Source: an uncultured Pseudomonadota bacterium
GTDB lineage: Bacteria; Pseudomonadota; Alphaproteobacteria; JACZXZ01
Reading direction: 5' to 3'
Length of the DNA: 64,000 nt
NCBI GenBank assembly: GCA_963749075.1
Contig: CAVVLJ010000016.1
Coordinates: 1,120,001 to 1,184,000, forward strand
Part shown: positions 22,898 through 31,840 of the stretch, one piece after another
Layout: each line of letters starts with the position of its first letter
Numbering within the stretch: the stretch's first letter is position 1
Notes under the pieces: generated by a model
What the model saw: the letters and a program-made list of their open reading frames with translations, nothing else
Told to the model about the DNA's origin: nothing
The model's database searches: none
Translations under genes and position numbers: made by a program

Positions 22898-23309
22898 GAT
22901 CGGCTCGCTCCGCGAGTTCGCCGAGTGGACCAAGCGCATCGTGCGCGATCCGGCCGCTGCCGGAATAACGCCGAAGAGGTGGTTCAACAGCGAGGCGACA
23001 GCGCAGTCCGCCGCGGCCGAGCAAGTGTCGGCCGAAGCCATGGTCAAGTTGCTGTCCGCGGGTAATCTCGCCGTCCTCGATGCGATCCGCCGCCACAAGC
23101 CAGCGTCGTTGCGCGAGCTCGCGGCGCTCACGGGTCGCAAGGAAGCCAGCCTTTCGCGCACGCTCAAGCGCTTCGAAGAGCTCGGCATCATTGCCTTTCA
23201 GGACGGACCCCGCCGCACGCGCATCCCGGCGCTCATTGCTCAGCGCGTGCATCTCGAAATCGACCTTACCGGCCACCATAGCGTGGTTGCCGTGGATGGC
23301 TCTCGCTGA
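22869..23309 (+). CDS. winged-HTH regulator / putative antitoxin (HVO_A0114-like)
   Basis: KLLSAGNLAVLDAI..HKPASLRELAALTGRKEASLSRTLKRFEELGII; overlaps the upstream toxin-like gene. Confidence 0.8.
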   Translation: MKKASPTTYKIGSLREFAEWTKRIVRDPAAAGITPKRWFNSEATAQSAAAEQVSAEAMVKLLSAGNLAVLDAIRRHKPASLRELAALTGRKEASLSRTLKRFEELGIIAFQDGPRRTRIPALIAQRVHLEIDLTGHHSVVAVDGSR

Positions 23310-23379
23310 ACGGGCTGAGCCGATGCGGGAAATTTGCCCGCGGTAACAACGTGAGCCACAGCACGATTGCGAGGCTCCC

Positions 23380-23817
23380 ATGACGTCGAGTATTGCCGCT
23401 CTAATCGCCATCGCCGGAACGCTTTTAGGGACCCTCGGAAGCCAGGTTATCGCGGCCAGAGCAGCCTTGAGGACAAAGCGGCTCGAACTCTTTTATGCGA
23501 GGAGGGCCGATGCCTATAAGGTGCTCTTCGAGAAGGCGGCAGACTTCGGTGTAGACCCAAAGAACCTATCAAAATTTCTTACGTTTCAAGCAGCCCTGCA
23601 TGCAGCTCTAATTGTTGCGTCGGAGAATGTCGCGGACATCCTAGACAACCCTCGACGTGGCGGCTTGCATGCGAGCGCCCTTAGGCTCCGTTTTGCCGAG
23701 AGCGATGACGATATTCTGCGCATCCAAACGCACGAGTGGCACGAAGGGATGGAAGCCACAAAGAGGGCGATGCGGGCCGATCTTGCTGGCCTTGCAACCG
23801 ACCATCATTGGCTATAA
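23380..23817 (+). CDS. hypothetical protein with N-terminal membrane anchor
   Basis: IAALIAIAGTLLGTLGSQVIA then a helical body; GAGG RBS; AT-richer codon usage. Confidence 0.6.
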   Translation: MTSSIAALIAIAGTLLGTLGSQVIAARAALRTKRLELFYARRADAYKVLFEKAADFGVDPKNLSKFLTFQAALHAALIVASENVADILDNPRRGGLHASALRLRFAESDDDILRIQTHEWHEGMEATKRAMRADLAGLATDHHWL

Positions 23818-23851
23818 CCGGAGCAGACGGCGCACCCTACGCCACAATCCG

Positions 23852-24148
23852 TTACCCCGGTGCGGCGGCGAAGAACTGCTTGACGTGCAGCTTCTTGGCG
23901 CGGCGCTTCGCTTGCCATAGATCGTACGCAAGCTGCATCTGCAACCAATGCTCCGGCGTGCTGCCGAAGGCCTGCGACAGGCGCAGGGCCATCTCCGCCG
24001 TGATGCCGGAGCGCCCGTTGAGGATCGACGAGAGTGTCTTGCGCGTGACGCCCAAGCCCTTGGCCGCCTCGGTGACGCTCAGCCCGAGCGCCTTGAGGCA
24101 GTCCTCCCGGACGATCTCGCCGGGGTGCGGGGGATCGTACATCTCCAT
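23852..24148 (-). CDS. higA: HigA-family antitoxin (HTH-XRE)
   Basis: [61 protein letters not shown]; AGGAG RBS before ATG 24148. Confidence 0.92.
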   Translation of the reverse strand: MEMYDPPHPGEIVREDCLKALGLSVTEAAKGLGVTRKTLSSILNGRSGITAEMALRLSQAFGSTPEHWLQMQLAYDLWQAKRRAKKLHVKQFFAAAPG

Positions 24149-24214
24149 GCGTCTTTTCTCCTTTTCGCCGCGGTAGAGCCGATCCAGCCCTTTATGGCGA
24201 AACCGTATTATCAT
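24149..24214 (-). pseudogene. higB: N-terminal remnant of a HigB (RelE-like) toxin, fused in frame to higA
   Basis: [14 protein letters not shown] resembles the HigB start MI.SF.HKGL..F; only 22 codons precede the higA ATG. Confidence 0.7.
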
Positions 24215-24224
24215 TTTCGTGTAG

Positions 24225-24243
24225 TGTAACTACTCAGGTTACA
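24225..24243. promoter_or_regulatory. palindrome TGTAAC-N7-GTTACA, putative HigA operator
   Basis: Perfect 6-bp arms 10 bp upstream of the higB remnant start. Confidence 0.55.
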
Positions 24244-24465
24244 AAAGCACGCCCTAAAGGACAACCCCGGGGAGCCTCGAGCCAATGGTATGACCGCTTG
24301 TTAACCGCAATTCCGTTAATCCAACGTTGTGCATTGCGATACCACGGCTTTTCCCTGGCGCCTCGCTTGAAAACGTCACCCTCGCGCGCTACTAGTCAGA
24401 GGGAGAGCGCGGCGGCAGCACCTCGGCCGCGCTTGCTCTTTCGGGAACCAGCCAGGAGTGACGCG

Positions 24466-25473
24466 ATGGCGACCGCCAAGACCACGCGCGGCAAGCCGCG
24501 GGCCGAGAGTGGTGCCGCCGACGAGCTCGTCGATTTCTACCGCCGCATGCTGCTCATCCGCCGCTTCGAGGAGAAGGCCGGGCAGATGTACGGCATGGGG
24601 CTCATCGGCGGCTTCTGCCACCTCTATATCGGCCAGGAGGCGGTGGTGGTCGGCATCATGGCCGCCGCCGAGACCGGCGATGCGGTGATCACGAGCTACC
24701 GCGACCACGGCCACATGCTGGCCTGCGGCATGGACCCCAAGGGGGTCATGGCCGAGCTCACCGGGCGGCGCACCGGCTACTCCAAGGGCAAGGGCGGCTC
24801 GATGCACATGTTCAGCAAGGAGGCCGCCTTCTTCGGCGGGCACGGCATCGTCGGCGCCCAGGTGCCGATCGGCACGGGCCTCGGCTTCGCCTTCCACTAC
24901 CGCGGCGAGGCCAAGGTCTCGCTCACCTTCCTCGGCGACGGTGCCGTCAATCAGGGTCAGGTCGGCGAGGCCTTCAACATGGCCTCCCTCTGGAAGCTCC
25001 CCGTCGTCTATGTCATCGAGAACAACAAGTACGGCATGGGCACCTCGATCGAGCGCGCCTCGGCGCGCACCGACCTCTACCACCGCGGCGTGCCCTACGG
25101 CATTGCCGGCGAGCCGGTGGACGGCATGGACGTGGCGGCCGTCAAGGCGGCGGGCGACAAGGCGCTGGCCTATGCGCGCTCCGGCAAGGGCCCCTACATT
25201 CTCGAGATGAAGACCTACCGCTACCGCGGCCACTCCATGTCCGACCCTGCCAAGTACCGCTCGCGGGAGGAGGTGCAGCGCGTGCGCCAGGAGCGCGACC
25301 CGATCGACCATTTGCGCCAGCGTCTCGAGTCCGAGCACGTCATCGAGGAGGACGGCCTCAAGAAGATCGACCGCGAGGTGAAGGACCAGATCCAGGCGGC
25401 CGCCGACTTCGCGCAACAGAGCCCGGAGCCCGACCCCGCCGAGCTTTATACTGACGTTCTGGCCGAGGCCTGA
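24466..25473 (+). CDS. pdhA: pyruvate dehydrogenase E1 alpha subunit
   Basis: GFCHLYIGQEA, YRDHGH, GKGGSMH, GDGA.NQGQ, ENN.YGMGT, TYRYRGHSMSDP; AGGAG RBS. Confidence 0.97.
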   Translation: MATAKTTRGKPRAESGAADELVDFYRRMLLIRRFEEKAGQMYGMGLIGGFCHLYIGQEAVVVGIMAAAETGDAVITSYRDHGHMLACGMDPKGVMAELTGRRTGYSKGKGGSMHMFSKEAAFFGGHGIVGAQVPIGTGLGFAFHYRGEAKVSLTFLGDGAVNQGQVGEAFNMASLWKLPVVYVIENNKYGMGTSIERASARTDLYHRGVPYGIAGEPVDGMDVAAVKAAGDKALAYARSGKGPYILEMKTYRYRGHSMSDPAKYRSREEVQRVRQERDPIDHLRQRLESEHVIEEDGLKKIDREVKDQIQAAADFAQQSPEPDPAELYTDVLAEA

Positions 25474-25505
25474 GGGCCAAGGTCTGAAGGGAGCGGGAGG
25501 ACGCC

Positions 25506-26894
<1,389 letters not shown>

Positions 26895-26923
26895 GCGGGA
26901 GGCAGCCGAGAGAGGGAAGGGCC

Positions 26924-28313
26924 ATGCCCACAGAAGTTCTGATGCCGGCGCTGTCGCCCACCATGACCGAGGGCAAGCTCGCCAAGTGGCTCAAGAAGGA
27001 AGGCGACGAGGTGCGCGCGGGCGACGTGCTGGCGGAGATCGAGACCGACAAGGCGACCATGGAGGTCGAGGCCGTCGACGAGGGCAAGCTCGGCAGGCTC
27101 CTGGTGGCCGAGGGCACCGAGGGCGTCAAGGTCAATACCCCGATCGCGGTGCTGCTCGGCGAGGGCGAAGACGCGGAGGCGCTCGGCGCCGCACCGCCGC
27201 CGCCCAAGCCCGCAGCCGCGGCACCACCGGCCAAGCCCGCAGCCGCGGCACCACCGGCCAAGCCCGCAGCCGCTCCGGCCGCCGCCCCGGCCCAAACCGC
27301 CCCGGCGCAAGCAGCACCAGCTCCGGCCGCGAAGCCGGCACCGTCCGCGATGGCTGCGGCAGCCGAAAGCGGCAACGGCCATGACCGCGTCTTCGCGAGC
27401 CCGCTCGCGCGGCGCATGGCCCAGCAAGCCGGCCTCGAGCTTGCGGCCTTGCGCGGCAGCGGCCCGCACGGCCGCATCGTCAAGGCGGACATCGAGGCAG
27501 CACTCGGCGCCCCCGCGGCGGCAGCGCCGCGTCCGGCCGCAGCACCTCCGCCGGCAGCTGCCTCCAGGCCGTCACCGCCGCCCGCTGCGGAGCTTCCCGG
27601 AGCCGCACCCTATACCGAGGTGCCGCACAGCTCGATCCGCAAGATCATCGCGCGCCGGCTCACCGAGGCCAAGCAGCAGCAGCCGCACTTCTACCTCACG
27701 CTCGACTGCGAGATCGACGCGCTCCTCAAGCTGCGCCAGGAGCTCAATGCCAAGGCGCCAGAGGAAAAGAGTCCAGGGAAGGGCGGCTACAAGCTCTCGG
27801 TCAATGATTTCGTCATCCGTGCCGTCGCACTCGCCTTGCGCAAGGTCCCGGCGGCCAACGCCTCATGGACGGACGAGGCCGTGCGCCTCTACCAGCGCGC
27901 CGACATCTCGGTCGCGGTCGCCATTCCGAACGGCCTCATCACGCCGATCATCCGCGGCGCCGAGCGCAAGGGGCTCGCCGAGATCTCGAACGAGATGCGC
28001 GAGCTCGCCGGCCGCGCGCGCGAGGGCAAGCTCAAGCCCGAGGAGTTCCAGGGCGGCACCTTCTCGATCTCGAACCTCGGCATGTACGGCATCCGCGAGT
28101 TCGCCGCGGTGCATCAACCCGCCGCAGGGCGCCATCCTCGCCGTCGGCGCCGGCGAGAAGCGCCCGATCGTCAAGGAGGGTGCGCTTGCCATCGCAACCG
28201 TGATGAGCTGCACGCTCTCGGTCGATCACCGCGTCATCGACGGCGTCATCGGCGCCGAGTTCTTCGCCGCCTTCAAAAGGCTCATCGAGGACCCGCTCAC
28301 GATGCTGCTGTGA
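26924..28313 (+). CDS. pdhC: dihydrolipoamide acetyltransferase E2; one +1 frameshift at about 28111
   Basis: Lipoyl ETDKA, ASPLARR binding domain, GGTFSISNLGM; INPPQ.AILAVG...DHRVIDG continues in the next frame; span 1390 nt = 3n+1. Confidence 0.93.
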
Positions 28314-28322
28314 GGGTGCATC

Positions 28323-29723
28323 ATGGCTGAGACAGCCTTCGACATCGTCATCGTGGGCGGCGGGCCGGGCGGCTACGTGGCCGCCATCCGCGCGGCCCAG
28401 CTCGGCATGAAGGCCGCCGTGGTGGAGCGCGAGGATTTGGGCGGCATCTGCCTCAACTGGGGCTGCATTCCGACGAAGGCGCTTCTGCGCTCGGCCGAGG
28501 TCTATCACCTGGCCAAGCGCGCCGACGAGTTCGGCATCACCGTAGAAGGCGTCGCCTACGACGCCAAGAAGATCGTCGAGCGCTCGCGGAAAGTCGCGGA
28601 CCGGCTGTCGTCCGGGGTCAAGTTTCTCTTGAAGAAGAACAAGGTCCCGGTGTTCGACGGCCACGGCAGGCTCGCCGGCCGCGGCAAGCTCGCGGTGGCG
28701 AAGGACGGCAAACCCGTGGCCGAGCTCTCCGCCAGGCACATCGTGCTGGCGACGGGCGCCAGGGCGCGCTCGCTTCCCGGCCTCGAGCCGGACGGCAAGC
28801 TCGTCTGGACCTACAAGGAGGCCATGGTGCCGCCGGCGCTGCCGAAGTCGCTCCTGGTCATCGGCTCGGGCGCCATCGGCATCGAGTTCGCGAGCTTCTA
28901 CCGCACGCTCGGCTCAGCCGTGAGCGTGGTCGAGGTGCTGCCCCGCATCCTTCCCGTCGAGGACGAGGAGATCTCCGCCTTCGCGCTCAAGGCCTTCGAG
29001 AAGCAGGGCATGAAGATCTTCACCTCTGCCACGGTCAAGGGCCTCAAGAGGGGCGCCGACAGCGTGACCGCGACCATCGAGGCCGAGGGCAAGACGCGCG
29101 AGGAGAGCTTCGAGCGGGTCATCCTCGCCGTCGGCATTGCCGGCAACGTGGAGGATATCGGCTTAGACGGCACCAAGGCGAAGGTCGAGAAGAGCCATGT
29201 GGTGGTGAACGAGTGGCTGGAGACCGGCGAGCCGGGCGTCTATGCCATCGGCGATCTCGTGGGGCCGCCCTGGCTCGCGCACAAGGCGAGCCACGAGGGC
29301 GTCGTCTGCGTCGAGAAGATCGCGGGCTTGAATGACGTGCACCCGCTCGACACCACGAACGTCCCGGGCTGCACCTATTGCATGCCGCAGGTGGCGAGCG
29401 TGGGGCTCTCCGAGGCCGCGGCCAAGGCCAAGGGCCATCAGGTCAAGGTCGGCCATTTCCCCTTCGTGGGCAACGGCAAGGCGATCGCACTCGGCGAGCT
29501 CGAAGGCATGGTCAAGACCGTGTTCGACGCCAAGACCGGCGAGCTCCTCGGCGCCCACATGATCGGCGCCGAGGTGACCGAGCTCATCCAGGGCTTCGCC
29601 GTCGCCAAGACGCTCGAATCGACCGAGGCCGAGCTCATGCACGCCATTTTCCCGCACCCGACCTTGAGCGAGATGATGCACGAGGCCGTGCTTGACGCCT
29701 ACGGCCGGGCCATCCATTTCTAA
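28323..29723 (+). CDS. lpdA: dihydrolipoyl dehydrogenase
   Basis: GGGPGGY, GGICLNWGCIPTK, GSGAIG.E, AIGD, HPTLSE. Confidence 0.97.
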   Translation: MAETAFDIVIVGGGPGGYVAAIRAAQLGMKAAVVEREDLGGICLNWGCIPTKALLRSAEVYHLAKRADEFGITVEGVAYDAKKIVERSRKVADRLSSGVKFLLKKNKVPVFDGHGRLAGRGKLAVAKDGKPVAELSARHIVLATGARARSLPGLEPDGKLVWTYKEAMVPPALPKSLLVIGSGAIGIEFASFYRTLGSAVSVVEVLPRILPVEDEEISAFALKAFEKQGMKIFTSATVKGLKRGADSVTATIEAEGKTREESFERVILAVGIAGNVEDIGLDGTKAKVEKSHVVVNEWLETGEPGVYAIGDLVGPPWLAHKASHEGVVCVEKIAGLNDVHPLDTTNVPGCTYCMPQVASVGLSEAAAKAKGHQVKVGHFPFVGNGKAIALGELEGMVKTVFDAKTGELLGAHMIGAEVTELIQGFAVAKTLESTEAELMHAIFPHPTLSEMMHEAVLDAYGRAIHF

Positions 29724-29752
29724 GGCCTGGAATCATTGATGCACAGCACAAC

Positions 29753-29799
29753 CCCCCTCCCTAACCCTCCGCCTCAAGGGGGGAGGGTTAGGGAGGGGG
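29753..29799. repeat. perfect 18-bp-arm palindrome (REP-like hairpin)
   Basis: CCCCCTCCCTAACCCTCC (29753-29770) / GGAGGGTTAGGGAGGGGG (29782-29799) between lpdA and lipA. Confidence 0.8.
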
Positions 29800-29857
29800 T
29801 GGCGCACGTTTCTGCGATGGTGAGCACCAGACTGTCCTTTGTGGAGTCCCGTTGCCG

Positions 29858-30808
29858 ATGACCGCCGACCCCGCCTTGCTGCGGCCCCGCCATCCCGAGA
29901 AGGTCAGGCGGCCGGATCACCCGATCCCGCGCAAGCCCGAGTGGATCCGCGTGAAGGCGCCGGTCTCGCGCGCCTATCACGAGACGCGCCAGCTCATGCG
30001 CGAGCTGCGTCTCAATACGGTGTGCGAGGAGGCGGCCTGCCCCAACATCGGCGAATGCTGGGCCAAGAAGCACGCGACCGTGATGATTCTCGGCAGCGTC
30101 TGCACGCGCGCCTGCGCCTTCTGCAACGTGGCGACGGGGCTTCCCGGCCCGCTCGACCCGCACGAGCCAGGCCACGTGGGCGAGGCGGCCAAGGGCCTCG
30201 GCCTCTCCCACATCGTGGTGACCTCGGTCGACCGCGACGATCTTCCCGACGGCGGTGCCGCGCATTTCGCGGCGACCATCCGCGCCATCCGCGAGGCGGC
30301 ACCCGCCACCACCATCGAGGTGCTGACGCCCGATTTCCTGCGCAAGACGGGGGCGGCCGAGTGCGTCGTCGCGGCGCGGCCCGACGTCTACAACCACAAC
30401 CTCGAGACCGTGCCGCGCCTTTACCCGACGATCCGGCCGGGTGCTCGCTATTTCGCCTCGCTCCGCCTCCTCCAGCGCGTCAAGGAGCTCGATCCCGCGC
30501 TCTTCACCAAGTCCGGCCTCATGCTCGGCCTCGGCGAGACGAGGGAGGAGGTGCATCAGGTGATGGACGACCTGCGCAGCGCCGACGTGGATTTCCTCAC
30601 CATCGGCCAGTATCTGCAGCCGACCCCAAAGCATGCGCCGATCGCCCGCTTTGCAGCACCCGAGGAGTTCGCGGCACTGGCGTCGATCGCCTACGGCAAG
30701 GGCTTCCTCATGGTGGCGAGCTCGCCGCTGACGCGCTCGTCCTATCACGCGGGCGACGACTTCGCTCGGCTGCGGCAGGCGCGCGACGCCAGGCTCAAGG
30801 CGCTCTGA
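29858..30808 (+). CDS. lipA: lipoyl synthase
   Basis: [47 protein letters not shown]. Confidence 0.97.
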   Translation: MTADPALLRPRHPEKVRRPDHPIPRKPEWIRVKAPVSRAYHETRQLMRELRLNTVCEEAACPNIGECWAKKHATVMILGSVCTRACAFCNVATGLPGPLDPHEPGHVGEAAKGLGLSHIVVTSVDRDDLPDGGAAHFAATIRAIREAAPATTIEVLTPDFLRKTGAAECVVAARPDVYNHNLETVPRLYPTIRPGARYFASLRLLQRVKELDPALFTKSGLMLGLGETREEVHQVMDDLRSADVDFLTIGQYLQPTPKHAPIARFAAPEEFAALASIAYGKGFLMVASSPLTRSSYHAGDDFARLRQARDARLKAL

Positions 30809-30814
30809 CGCGCC

Positions 30815-31264
30815 ATGCCGACCCACGCGGAGCGGCGGCGCCTGCCTTACCGGGCGGATCAGCTTTTCGATCTCGTGGCCGACATCGAGCGCTACCCGGA
30901 ATTCCTGCCCTGGTGCCGCGCCGCGCGCGTCCGCAAGCGCGAGGGCAACGTGCTCATCGCCGACATGGCGATCGGCTGGCGCATGATCAGCGAGCGCTTC
31001 ACCTCGCGCGACGTGCTGCAGCGGCCCGAGCGCATCGATATCACATACGAGCGCGGGCCATTCAAGTATCTCGACAACCACTGGATCTTCGAGGCCCAGG
31101 CCGACGGCAGCTGCATCGTCGATTTCTACGTGGACTTCGAGTTCCACTCGCGCTTCCTGCAGAAGGCGATGATGCTCCTCTTCAACGAGGCGGTGCGCCG
31201 CATGGTGCGGGCCTTCGAGGAGCGCGCGCGCGTGCTCTACGGGGATCGGCGGCCGGCGGCCTAG
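30815..31264 (+). CDS. ratA: RatA/Coq10 START-domain protein
   Basis: LFDLVADIERYPEFLPWC, GPFKYL.N.W.F, VDF.VDFEF, AFEERA; follows lipA. Confidence 0.88.
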   Translation: MPTHAERRRLPYRADQLFDLVADIERYPEFLPWCRAARVRKREGNVLIADMAIGWRMISERFTSRDVLQRPERIDITYERGPFKYLDNHWIFEAQADGSCIVDFYVDFEFHSRFLQKAMMLLFNEAVRRMVRAFEERARVLYGDRRPAA

Positions 31265-31419
31265 TCGGGCGCCTCGGCTCTCGGACGAAATCGGTCCGAT
31301 AGGCACGGCGATACAGATATTTCCTGGATGGAGCAATACAGCCGGTGCGCTGGATTCCGGCTCGATGCGGCGGCGCAGCATGCAGCCGGACGGCCGCCAG
31401 TGAGACACGCGGCTCGTGC

Positions 31420-31600
31420 AATAGACTGCTTTTTCATGCAATTTTTGCGGCGGAAGGACCGTGCGGCCGCGCACTCTTTTGAATAATATTAAACTGCGCA
31501 TTATTCCAAAAATGAAAGATATTGCAGTGCAATAAGTAAGAAAATCCCCGATTGCCGGCAAATTTCATAAAGAATAGCATAATGTATGGTCTGCATTCAA
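31420..31600. promoter_or_regulatory. AT-rich intergenic region, probable promoter for the PAS-GGDEF-EAL genes
   Basis: Strongly AT-rich stretch (e.g. TTTTGAATAATATTAAA, TTATTCCAAAAATGAAAGATATT) in a GC-rich background. Confidence 0.45.
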
Positions 31601-31840
31601 GGCGACGCGGCCGCGGGGAACGATGCAATGCTCGGGCTCCGCTGCATAACGTCAGCTGAACGGGTCTTTGCAACTCTGGTGCGATGACCGTCTTCGGTGG
31701 AGAGCTTCATTGTGAAGCCACACGACTTGGTCCATGCCCTGTCGAACGCGCGGCGCCGAGATGCTGCTGACGCGATCCGGCAAACTCCGTCCGCCGGGTC
31801 GACGGGCGGCTCCGGCCTGCCGATCGCGCGGGATTGCGGC

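Noticed and set aside
24300-24320. TTAA...TTAA upstream of pdhA as a CtrA box
   Set aside because: Spacing is 11 bp, not the 7 bp of the CtrA consensus.
27200-27280. 27-bp repeats encoding PAAAAPPAK in pdhC, and the Pro/Ala tracts in pdhB, secG and the kinase
   Set aside because: Ordinary flexible linkers.
31573-31600. GCATAATGTAT resembling the left half of dif
   Set aside because: No XerD arm (TTATG...) follows; likely chance in an AT-rich promoter.
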